Assembly (NCBI RefSeq): GCF_963921235.1
Contig: NC_086097.1
Span: forward strand, 17,360,001 to 17,424,000
DNA: 64,000 nt
Direction: 5' to 3'
From: Mobula hypostoma
Taxonomy: Eukaryota
The notes beneath the pieces are model-generated. The model was given only the letters and a program-made list of their open reading frames with translations, was not told the DNA's origin and searched no databases. Made by a program: the position numbers and the translations under genes. Shown here one piece after another: positions 25,431 through 37,317 of this stretch; the stretch's first letter is position 1, and every line of letters starts with the position of its first letter.

Positions 25431-26029
25431 CACATTCCCCTGAGGTATGGAATTCCAATGATTTATAAGCTCCTTGGTAAAGAAGTTTCTTCTTCTGAAA
25501 TTAGGCTGCAAGTTTTAGACACCGAGTGGAAGAGAGCCACTTGAGTGTTCACACCTGTGGTGGCTCTTTGAAAGAACTGCCACACGTTTTTATTTTTTAG
25601 TATGCATTCAATTCATGTCTGGACAGTTGCTCATTGCAATTTTGTTTTCAGCCTGCCATCATTTCTTTTGCTACTAACTTATAGAGTGTAAAGGAAAATT
25701 GCTGGACTTATTCTAGTATGTAAAGTTTATAAATTACTTTAAGTACCTAATACTGCTCATTGAACACATTCACAAGAATTTAGTATAAATTTAGTTTGAT
25801 ATCCATGGACTTTTCTTTACTGGAGGATGCTGAAAGACTGTTTAATTATAGTTATATTTTGCAAATAATTTGGAAGCACAAATACAGAAAGATTGTTCCT
25901 TCATGTTAGGGAGTCAGTGACAACCAGCTACTAATTTTAAATTATTACCAACTAACTGAGAAGGGATTCCAGCTTCAATTTCTTTATATAGTATTGTTGG
26001 AAGTTGACATGTTTTGCCAAAACAAATGA

Positions 26030-26280
26030 GCACTGCCTCAGAGTAGAAGGACGTCCCTTTAGAATGGAGATGAGGAGGAATTTCTTCAGCCAGAGTATGG
26101 TGACTCTGCGGAATTCATTACCACAGATGGCTGTGGAGGCCAAGTCATTGGGCATATTTAAAGCAGAGGGTGATTGGTTCTTGATTAGTAAGGGCATCAA
26201 AGGTTATAGGCAGAAAGCAGGAGAATGGGGTTGAGAGGGATAATTAATCAGCCTTGATGGAATAGTGGAGCAGATTTGAG
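26030..26280 (+). mobile_element. CR1 3' end
   Basis: GRPFRMEMRRNFFSQ...KAGEWG. Confidence 0.85.
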
Positions 26281-26559
26281 GCAGAGACTTCTAAAAGAAA
26301 AGTAATATTAAATGGAGATGTAAACAAGTCCATGAAAAGAGGTTAAGATGGTAGAACTAATAGTGAATTACACTGGCAATCAGATGGCCCAGACTTGAAA
26401 GGATCATTGAACGATATAACCATTTAGATCAGCAAGTCATTGTCTACTTCTCTGCAGTACCTGCGTAACTCACTTAAGGAAATAGGTTTTTTTTAAAATT
26501 TATTCACATTTGTGGGCATTACTGACAAAACTGGCATTTATTCACCCTAAATGCACAAA

Positions 26560-27620
26560 GTCAAAGCCATTTTATTGCATATGTACAATATCATGACCGC
26601 ACAGGTGCAATGACAAAATTACTCGCAGCAGCATCACAGGCACGTATCATTAGATAATCAGCATTCACAAGAAAAACATAAAATATACAGAATGTTTACA
26701 AGAAACTACATAATTAGAACAAAAAGAAATAAAATCCACTGTAAACATAAGAGATTCTAGAAATTCAGGGTAACATAAACAGTCCTGATGAAGGGTCTGG
26801 GCCCAAAATATCAACTCTGTATTCCTTTCCATAGATGCTGCTTGACATTCAGAAGGAAAAGATGAATTATGAAAGGAAGCTGGCAACTAATGTCAAAGAA
26901 GATACTAAAAGCTTTTTTAAGTATATAAAGGGTAAAAGAGAGTTGAGGGTAGATATAGGACCAATACAAAATGACACTGGAGATATTGTAATGAGAGATG
27001 CAGAGATGGCAGAGGAACTGATTGCATATTTTGTATCAGTCTTCACAGTGGAAGATGTCTGCAGTATACTGGACCTTCAAGAGTGTCAGGGAAGTGAAGT
27101 TTGTGCAGTGAAAATTACAAGTGAGAAGATGCTAAGGAAGCTTAATGGTCTGAGGGTGGATAAAACTCTTGGAGTTTTATCTTATGGTCTTATGGACATG
27201 CTGAGCTTCTCCAGCATTTTGTGCGTGTTACTCAAAACCCAATATAGTACAAAGTGGTCATAGTGTTGCTATACAAAGGTTGAGATAAGGATTGTGCAGT
27301 TGGTTCAAGAACCAACTGTTAAAGGGAAGTAGCTGTTCTTGAGTTGGGTGGTGTGGGACTTCAGTTTTCTGTGCTGACTGAACAAAAATTGCTGCGAGAA
27401 CGTGAACTGGATGGTGGGGACCTTTGGTGACAGTCGTTGCTTTTTAGAGGCAACAACTCATGTAGATACGGTCGATGGTGGGGAGGAGTGTGCGCGTTAT
27501 ATATTGGGCTGAATCTATTACCTTTGATGCAACCAATCAGGATACTTACAACAGTTCCTTTGTAGTAGTTTAATAGGTATTCAGTGACATGCCAAATCTC
27601 CTTAACCTTCTTCGACAGGT
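26560..27620 (-). mobile_element. Rex1-type fragment containing a Penelope tail (about 26750-27235) that itself contains an internally deleted CR1 (26849-27194)
   Basis: YKGTVVSILIGCI remnant; agtcctgatgaagggtctgggccc; ORF 26835..27263 CR1 linker peptide. Confidence 0.7.
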
Positions 27621-28014
27621 TGGTCATGGCACAAATCAATTCCTGCCTCAGAGATGATCTGAGTTCATTTTGGTTGTCTACTGTCACAAAAGGACAACAT
27701 CAGAAGCAGTTTCTCTGGCTTTTTTCCTGCTCTGGGCCATCTGAATAACAGGAACACATATGCCAGCTACTGTTCCTCAACTACAGTTCAGCATTCAACA
27801 CAATCATCCCATTTAACATTATCGAGCTGCAAGACCAGAGCCTCTGAACACCTCTCTGCAACTTCCTCACTGGCAGATCTCAATCAGAGAAGATTGGAAA
27901 CTTCTACATATGAACTGTTGAACGTATCCTGACCAGTTGCATTATGGTCTGGAATGACAATTCAGAAACACTGGCATGCTTTCCTCGTGATTGCATCTAT
28001 ATGAAGGGCCGTTC

Positions 28015-29530
28015 ATAGAACATAGAACATAGAATAGTACAGCACAGTACAGTACAGGCCCTTCGGCTCACAATGTTGTGCCAACCCTTAAACCCAGCCT
28101 CCCCTATACCCCCCCCACTTTAATTTCCTCCATATACCTCACTTGTAGTCTCTTAAATTTCGCTTGTGTATTTGCCTCCACCACTGACTCAGGCACTGCA
28201 TTCCACTCTCTGAGTGAAAAACCTTCCTCTAATATCCCCCTTGAACATCCCACCCTTTACCTTAAAGCCATGTCCTCTTGTACTGAGCGGTGGTGCCCTG
28301 GGGAAGAGGCACTGGCTGTCCACTCTATCTATTCCTCTTAATATCTTGTATACCTCAATCATGTCTCCTCTCATCCTCCTTCTCTCCAAAGAGTAAAGCC
28401 CTAGCTCCCTTAATCTCTGATCATAATACATACTCTAAACCAGGCAGCATCTTGATAAATCTCCTCTGTACCCTTTCCAATGTTTCCACATCCTTCCTAT
28501 AGTGAGGTGACGAGAACTGGACACAGTACTCCAAGTGTGGCCTAACCAGAGTTTTATAGAGCTGCATCATTACCTCGTGACTCTTAAACTCTATCCCTCG
28601 ACTTATGAAAGCTAACACCCCATAAGCTTTCTCAACTACCCTATCTATGAGGCAACTTTCAGGGATCTGTGGACATGTACCCCTAGATCCCTCTGCTCCT
28701 CCACACTACCAAGTATCCTGCCATTTACTTTGTACTCTGCCTTGGAGTTTTCCAAAGTGTACCACCTCACAGTTCTCTGGGTTGAACTCCATCTGCCATT
28801 TCTCAGCCCGCTTCTGCATCCTATCAATGTCTGTCTGCAATCTCTGACAATCCTCTACACTATCCACAACACCACCAACCTTTGTGTTGTCTGCAAACTT
28901 GCCAACCCACCCTTCTTCCCCCACATCCAGGTCGTTAATAAAAATCATGAAAAGTAGAGATCCTTATGGGACACCACTAGTCACAACCCTCCAATTTGAA
29001 TGTACTCCCTCCACCACGACCCTCTGCTTTCTGCAGGCAAGCCAATTCTGAATCCAGCTGGACAAACTTCCCTGGATCCCATGCTTTCAGACTTTCTGAA
29101 TAAGCTTACCGTGTAGAACCTTGTCAACTGCCTTACTAAAATCCATGTAGATCACATCCATAGCACTATCCTCATCTATATACCGGGTCACCTCCTCAAA
29201 GAACTCTATCAGGCTTGTTAGACATGATCTGCCCTTCACAATGCCATGCTGACTGTCCCTGATCAGACCATGATTCTCTAAATGCCCATAGATCCTATCT
29301 CTAAGAATATTTTCCAACAGCTTTCCCACCACAGACATAAGGCTCACTGGTTTATAATTACCCAGACTATCCCTACTACCTTTTCTGAACAAGGGGACAA
29401 CATTCACCTCCCTCCAATCCTCCGGTACCATTCCCGTAGACAACGAGGACATAAAGATCCTAACCAGAGGCTCAGAAATCTCTTCCCTCACCTCGTAGAG
29501 CAGCCTGGCGAATATTCCATCAAGCCCAGG
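28015..29530 (-). mobile_element. CR1 LINE RT and 3' end
   Basis: PEDWREVNVVPLF, DFSKAVDKV, VRPHLEYCVQF; tail catagaa repeats at 28015-28035. Confidence 0.93.
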
Positions 29531-30320
29531 GTATGTTCAGTATGTTAACACCCAGGAATTTAATGCTGCTCACCCTCTCCAACACACTGATCCACCTGTG
29601 TAGATTGGTGCACGTTTCCCCTCCGGCCCCTTCCTAAAGTCAACAATCAACTCTTTAGTTTTGCTGATGTTGAGTGAGAGATTGTCGTTGCAGCACCACT
29701 CAACCAGGCTTCCAATCAACTTTTCTAAACTGATTTATTATCCCCTATAACTCATCCAACAACGTCAGTGAATTTGAAGATCTGCTGAGCCACACATTCA
29801 TGAGGGTACAGGAATCAAGCTGGAGGGATAAAAATACAGTGTTGATGATCAGCGAAGAGGAGATGTTGTTACCAATCTTCACTGATTGAGATCTGCCAAT
29901 GAGGAAGTCAAGGATGCAGTTGCAGAGGGAGGTACAAAGGCCTTGGTCTTGAAGCTTGATAATGTTTAAATGAGATGATTCTGCTGAATGCCAGCTGTCG
30001 TTGAGGAACAGCAGCCCAACATATGTGTTCCTGTCACCCAAATGGCCCAGGGCAAAATGAAGACCCAGAGAAACTGTCTCAAATATCGTCCTGTTGTGGC
30101 AGTTGGCAAGGTGAAGTGAATTCAGGTCATCTCTGAGGCAGGAGTTGATTCATGCCATAATCGACCTCTTAAAGCACTTCAGTACAGTTAATAATCATTT
30201 AGGCAGGTTACCACACTCTTCTAGGGCACCAGTACAATCGATGTCTTTTTGAAGCAGGTGGAAAGCTGAGACCACAGGAGCGAGAGGTGAATAAGTCCAT
30301 TAATACTCCAGCCAGGTGGG
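29531..30320 (-). mobile_element. Rex1/Babar-type RT fragment
   Basis: LQDQGLCTSLCNCILDFLIGRSQSVKIGNNISSSLIINT. Confidence 0.8.
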
Positions 30321-31299
30321 ACCAAACATCATCTACGGTATGTCATTGCACATGTTCTTCCTTTTGGTTTTGCAACACAAGTACTTGCTACCGCATTTAA
30401 AGCATTAAGTTTAGACACTATATCATTAATAGTACACATTGGGAAAGAGTGCCTGCTGCATGAAGCAATGGAATACATGTACTCTAATCAGGGAATAATG
30501 AAAGAAATGCACAATGGCATACAAGTTTTGCATGTCATTATGCACGGCTGCAGGACCTAGTTAGCAGAGCTGAGTTAATTTTTAATCATCTTTGTCTCTC
30601 CGGAGAAAAATTGGGAAACATCCTTCTTATCTCTGGGATGTGGCTTCTTGGAACTTCCTGTTAGGTTCTAAAGGCTAATTTGCTGGTCCTTTCTTGTGGG
30701 CCAAAGCCTGATGTATCCCCTAATCTTAAATGCTGTGCTGGTGAAATATCCAAACGATCAGTTCTCCCAAGGTTTGGCTGCCTTATCTGTGAAATGAACA
30801 AATACTCATAATGCTAATCTGTAACTACTTATAATATATCAAATATGATTAACATTATGGTGATTTGTTTTTCTTTCATTTTGGTTGCTCTGGTGCTTTC
30901 TCAATAGCAAAGAAATAACTTTGGAAAAATAAAATGTGAATTCATGCTTTTTATGGACAATTATAAAATCTACAGAAATAGCACATATTACATCAATATA
31001 TATGCCACTTATGCAGAAACAAAAGCAAATACCCTTTTATGTGTGTGCTACCTATTAAAAAATAATCAAATTAATATATTTCCCTAAGTGCTTAGATCTC
31101 CCTGCATGTCAATTGCCAAATCTGATATCATAAGTGGTTTGGAGGTTCACAAGTATGCTACTCCACAGCAACAAGTGTTATTTTCTGAGAATCCACATGC
31201 AAGTATGCTGTACATAGATCAAATCCCGCAAGTGGTGGAATTATTAAATAAAAACAGATAATACTGGGAACACCCAAGAGAACAGACAGGACCTGTGGA

Positions 31300-32920
31300 A
31301 AGATGTGAGGAAAAAGAAGCAGGTGTATTTATTATACAAAGGAGAAGGTGCTCAAGAAACTGAAAGACCTAAGGGTACATAAGTCAGTCAGACCAGATGA
31401 ACTCACCTGAGGTTCTGAAAGACATAGCGATAGAAATTGTGGAAGCATCAGTAATGATCTTTCAGAAATCATTGGACTCTGGCATGGTGCCAGAGCACTG
31501 GATATTTGCAAATGTTACTCCACTCCTTAAGAAAGGAGGAAGGCAGCAGAAAAGAAATTATAGGCCAGTTAACCTGACCTCAATGGTTGGGAAGATGTTG
31601 CAGTCAATTGTTAAGGAAGAGATTATGGAGTACTTGATTTCACAGGCCAGGATAGGACAAAGTCAGCATGGTTTCCTTAAGGGCAAATCTTGCCTGATGA
31701 AACTGTTGGAATTCTTTGAGAATATAAGTAGGATTGATAAAGGGGATGCAGTGGATGTTGTATATTTGGACTTTCAGAAAGCCTTTGACAAGGTGCCACA
31801 CATGAGGCTGCTTACCAAGTTAAGAGCCAATAGTAGTACAAGAAATTTACTGGCATGGTTAGACCATTGGCCGATAGGTAGGAGACAGTGAGTGGGAATA
31901 AACTAATCCTTTTCTGGATGGCTGTCAGTGACTAGTGGTGTTCCACAGGGGTTGGTGTTGGGACCGCTTCTTTTTATGCTGTATATCAATGACTTAGATG
32001 ATGGGATAGATGGTTTTGTTGCCAAGTTTGCAGATGATAGGAAGATTGGTGGAGGGACAGGCAGTACTGAGGAAACAGGTAGGCTGCGGAAGGGCTTATA
32101 CAAATTGAGAGAATGGACAAGAAAGTGGCAAATGAAATACAATGTTGGAAAATTCATGATCATACACTTTGGTAGTAGAAATAAATGTGCAGACTATTTT
32201 CTAAATGGGGAAAAAATCCAAAAGTCTGCGATGCAAGGGGACTTTGGAGTCCTTGTGCAGAACAGTCTAAAGGTTAACTTGCAGGTAGAGTCAGTGGTGA
32301 GGAATGCAAATGCAATGTTGGCATTAATTGCAAGAGGTCTGGAAAACAAGAGCAGGGATGTGATGGTGAGGCTTTATAAGGGATTGGTGAGGCCACAGCT
32401 TGAGTATTGTGAATAGTTTTGGGCTCCTCATCCAAGAAAAGATGTGCTGGCATTGGAGAGGGTTCAGAGGAGGTTTACAAGAAAGGTTCCAGGAATGAAA
32501 GGGTTATCATTCGAGGAACGTTTGATGGCTCTGTGTCTTACTCACTGGAATTTAGAAGAATAAGAGGGATCTCACTGAAACATTTTGATGTTGAAAGGCC
32601 TAGATAGAGTAGATGTGGAAAGGATACTTCCCATGGTGGGAGAGTCTAGGACATGAGGGCACAGCCTCAGGATAAAGGGGAGCCCTTTCAAAATAGGGAT
32701 GCAGAGAAATTTCTTTAGCCAGAGGTGAATTTGTGGAATTTTTTACCACAGCCAGCTGTGGAGGCCAGGTCATTGGGTGTATTTAAGGCAGGTTCTTGAC
32801 TGGACACAGTATCAAAGCTTACAGGGAGAGGAGAAAAGGATCAGCCATGGTTGAATGGTGGAGCAGACTCAATGTGCCAAATGGCCTAATTCTGCTCCAA
32901 TGTCTTATCTTATGGTCTGT
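31300..32920 (+). mobile_element. CR1 LINE, 5'-truncated
   Basis: NYRPVNLTS, DFQKAFDKVPH, GVPQGLVLGP, KFADD; tail tcttatggtct. Confidence 0.93.
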
Positions 32921-33137
32921 GATTGTTGCCCTCTTTCACATTGTCCATTTCAGATTGCTGGCTGATATTTAGTCTAAGCCATGATTTATCTAATGGGGGT
33001 TTTTCTTTCCAGTTACAATAGCTCCATTGTTTATTGGGAAATAGAGTTTAGAGTCATGGAGCACCACATCACAGGAACAAGCCCTTAGGCCCATAACAGT
33101 CCATACCAAACTGTTATTCTGTCTAGTTCCATTGATT

Positions 33138-34695
33138 AGTGTGAAGTTACCATAACTAGAGAGAAGGTTCCTGGAAAACCGAAAGGTCTGCAGGTAGATA
33201 AGTCACCTGGACCAGATGGTATGCACCCCAGAGTCCTGAGGGAGGTGGCTGAAGAGGTTGTGGTGGCATTAGTAGTGAACTTTCAAGAATCACGAGGTTC
33301 TGGAATGGTGCAAGAAGACTGGAAATTTGCAAATGTCACTCCACACTTCAAGAAGGGAGAGAGGCAGAAGAAAACAAACTATAGGCCAGTTAGTCTGACC
33401 TCAGTGGTTGGGAAGATGTTAGAGTTAATTATGAAGGATGAAGTCTCAGGGTTCTCAGAGGCACTTGCCTGTTGGAATTCTTTGAAGAAATATTAAGCAG
33501 GATAGACAAAGGAGAAATTGTTGATGTTGTGTACTTGGATTTTCAGAAGGCCTTTGACAAGGTGTCACAAATGAGGCTACTTAACAATCTATGAGCCCAT
33601 GGTATTACAGGAAAGATTCTAGCATGCATAAAACAGTGGCTGATTAGCAGGAAGCAAGGATTGGGAATAAAGGAAGTCTTTTCTGCTGTCTGTTGGTGAC
33701 TAGTGGTGTTCCACAGAGGTCTATGTTGGGACCGATTCTTTATGATATATGTCAATGATTTGGATGATGGAATTGATGGCTTTGTTGCAAAGTTTGCAGA
33801 CGATATGAAGATAGGCAAAGGGGGATGTAGTTCTGGGGAAGTTGAGGGGCTACAAAAGGACTTAGACAGATTAGGAGAATGGGCAAAGAAATGGCAGATG
33901 AATTACAGTTGTGGGAAGTATATGGTCATGCACTTCGGCAGAAGAAGTTAAATGGAGAGAAAATACAGAAAACAGAGGTTTAAAGGGACTTGTGAGTCCT
34001 TGTGCAGGATTCCCTAAAGGTTAATCTGCAATCTGAGTCTGTGGTGATGAAGGCAAATGCAGTGAACACATTCATTTCAAAAGGACTAGAATGTAAAAGC
34101 AAGGATGTAATGTTGAGACTTTATAAGGCAATGGTGAGGCCTCACTTAGAGTATTGTGAGCAGTTTTGGACCCATTATCTAAGAAAGGATGTGCTAGTAT
34201 TGGAGAGAGTTCAAAGGAGGTTCACAATAATGATTCCAGGATTGAATCAGTTGTCATATGAAGAGCATTTGATGAATCTGGGCCTGTATTCACTGGATTT
34301 CAGAAGAATAGGGGGTGACTTTGTTGAAACCTATTGAATGGTGAAAGGCCCTGATATAGTAGATGTGGAGAGGATGTGCCCTACAGGTGGCAGAGTCTGA
34401 GACCAAAGGCTCAGAATGGAGGGGCATTCTTTTAGAATGGAGATGAGGAGAAATTTTTTTAGCCAGTGAGTGGTGAATCTGTGGAGTTCTTTGCCACAGT
34501 CAGCTGTGGAGGTTAAGTCTTATGTATAATTAAGTAAGAAATTGATAGATTTTTGATTGGTCAGGGCATGAAGGGATACAGGCAGAAGGCAAGAGATTGG
34601 GACTGAGAGGAAAATTGGATCAGCCATGATGAAATGGCAGAGCAGACTCGATGGGCCAAATGGCCTAATTCTGCTCCTATATCTTGTGGTCTTAA
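33138..34695 (+). mobile_element. CR1 LINE, 5'-truncated
   Basis: MHPRVLRE, NYRPVSLTS, KFADD, VRPHLEYC; tail tcttgtggtctt. Confidence 0.93.
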
Positions 34696-35180
34696 TTACG
34701 TATATCCTAACATCAACTAATTTTGACAAAATATCTCATTCATATATATTATAATCTGAATGTTTTGCAAAGTCCTATGCAATACAATTCACTCCTTCTT
34801 CCATTTCTTGGTGTAAATAGCATTTTGCACCTAGGGGCCAAACACATAGCAAAGAAGAGTAAAGAAAATATATTCAGAAAGAAATGAGAAATCCCAGTTA
34901 TGATCAGAGGGCAAGGCATGTTCATCAAATATTTTGATGTCAGGAAAGCATTAATCTTGATTAATTTATTTAAGAAATATTGATCCTGTGAATGAATAAT
35001 GTTTTCATTGTTTAGCAATTACACTACTCTATTCAAACTTTTAAATCCAACTTCAAATGTATTTATTGCCTATACTTATATACTTCCTGCGCCTACTGAC
35101 TACCATTCACTAACTAGCTCCAGGTTGTGGATCTGCTTCTTACACTCGGAGTATCCCTGAGCAATTCCAGCAGTCACCGA

Positions 35181-35670
35181 GCAAGACACACAAAATGCTG
35201 GAGAAACTCAACAGCTCAGGCAGCATCTCTGGACAGTCGACGTTTCAGGCTGAGACCCTCCATCAGGACTGAAAAGGAAGGGAGGAAAATGTCAGAATAA
35301 AAAGGCTGGGAGAGGTGAAGGAGGACAGGCAAGAAAGTGATAGGCAAAGGAGGTAACATAAGGAGAGAAGAATGGACCATGGGAGAAAGGGAAGGAGGAG
35401 GAGAACCAGGGTGAGGTGATAGGCAGGTAAAGAGAAGATGTACAGAGACCAGATTGGGGAATAGAAGAAGTGAGAAGGAGGAAGGCAAAAAATTATCAGA
35501 AGGAAAACTTGATGCTCATGCCATCAGTTTTGATAATACCCGGATGGATTATGAGGTGTTGCTCCTCCACCCTGAAAGTGACTTTATTGTGGCAAAAGAG
35601 GAGACCATGGACCGACATGACGCAACATGAATGGGAAAAGGAATTAAAATATGTTGGCTACCGGGAAATT
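35181..35670 (-). mobile_element. Penelope-like 3' fragment with hammerhead variant (35234-35271)
   Basis: Reverse complement resembles 59700-60250: cagtc CTGATGG agggtctcagcct GAAA cg TC gactg. Confidence 0.85.
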
Positions 35671-35927
35671 CCAACATCATTGGCTACAATCAGAAGAAGT
35701 AGAAAGGGAAGAGGTATGTAGCATTTAGAGAAAGTTAGGAAAGATTCTGGGAAGTGCAAAATAGAATATATGATATACTTAGCAGTTGATCCCTTGTAAA
35801 ACCTTTACTCTGATGGGTACTACCATGGGATGTTGTCCTAGAACCAAGCTTCCACAAGGTCAAGCACATATTAATGATTTAGATTTAAATATCTGGGGAA
35901 ATTTGAAAATCATACAAACATTGTTAT

Positions 35928-36841
35928 TGTCATATGGAGGTGGCTAGGAATAGACCCAAGTGCAAGACACAGACACTGAAGGACTAGGGACAGGACTAGG
36001 ATACAGGCTGAGGGCAAGGACATGGACACAAAAACCAGGAACCCAGAACAGGACTGGACAAGAGAGCTAGGAGCCCAAGCTTGGACTCCGAGCCAGAGAC
36101 TGGACAAGGACCCAGTACTGCGGTACTCCTGGGCAGGGTGCGGATCACCACCTGACAGAGGCATGGGACAGGAAGGGACAGAACCAACCACAGGTAACGG
36201 CAAGACGGCCTGGCTTACCCGACAGAGGCAAGGGACAAGAAGGGACAGAACCAACCGCAGGTAACGGCAAGACGGCCTGGCTTAACTGGGCGGAGGCAAG
36301 GGACAGGAAGGGAGCTAGGTACAGGATGGCTCCAGGACAAGACTGCAGGCAAGACGAGGCGAGAGTTACCAGCAAAACAAGGCAAGGCTTCAGGCAATGC
36401 AAGGCAAGTCAAGAACTTCAGGTGAGGCGAGAGTTACTGGCAAGACAGGGCAAGGCTTCTTGCAAAGCAAGGCAAGACGAGAACTTCAAGTGAGGCAAGA
36501 GTTACCGGCAAGACAAGGCAAGGCTTCTGGCAAGGCAAGGCTTCTGGCAAAGCAAGGCGAGACGAGAACTTCAGGTGAGGCGAGAGTTACCAGCAAAACA
36601 AGGCAGGGCTTCAGGCGAGGAAACAGGAGGCAGAGGAAGGCATACAAGGAGTAGGACAAGAACAATCCAGCCGCCATGCCCTGGTCTCTGAAGGTATTTA
36701 TGCAGCCAGCCCTAATGAGCATCAGCTGACTCAATTAGAGCTCAACAAGAACAGAAACAGGGTAGACAGGAAAACCTGGAGCAAGGGTCGATGGACCGGA
36801 CCGTGAACCTGAATACGGACTTCACGGACCGGACCATGACA
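35928..36841 (-). mobile_element. Solo LTR (914 bp) with internal tandem repeats
   Basis: Inverted termini TGTCAT...ATGACA; flanks gttat/gttgt (5-bp TSD with 1 mismatch); TATA-like ataaata on the minus strand near 36695; inserted in an old CR1 remnant. Confidence 0.8.
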
Positions 36842-37165
36842 GTTGTGTGGTTGACAACAATGTGCAAAGGTTTGCAGAAAGATGTGGATGGTCTGGTCAG
36901 CTGGGCAGAAAACCGGCAAATGAAATCTAATGCAGGGAAGTGTAACGTATTTGCGGAAATGCAACAAACCAAGGTAATTTTCAATAGATGGGAGGGTACT
37001 AAAGGCTATGGATGAATAGACGAATAGTGAACTATATCTCTGTAGTTCCTGAAAGATGGGTGGACAATTGAATGCTGAGTGATAAACCCCTAATCTACAT
37101 ATGAAAAGCATCTGCTCCAAATACCCATATAGAGAACTATAAACTGCAGAACTGATTTGATTTAG

Positions 37166-37317
37166 CAACGCAAACGTGAGGAAATCTGCAGATGCTGGAA
37201 ATTCAAGCAACACACACAAAATGTTGACAAAGGGTCTCAACCCAAAACGTTGACTGTGCTTCTTCCTATGGATGCTGTCTGGCCTGCTGCGTTCCACCAG
37301 CATTTTGTGTGTGTTGC
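37166..37317. mobile_element. Fold-back Penelope-tail insertion with 14-bp TSD
   Basis: ctgatttgatttag at 37152-37165 and 37318-37331; inverted gcaacacacacaaaatg / cattttgtgtgtgttgc. Confidence 0.85.

Noticed and set aside
36150..36620. Regularly spaced repeats suggesting a CRISPR array
   Set aside because: The units are contiguous degenerate tandem repeats without unique spacers, inside a solo LTR in vertebrate DNA, and there are no cas genes.
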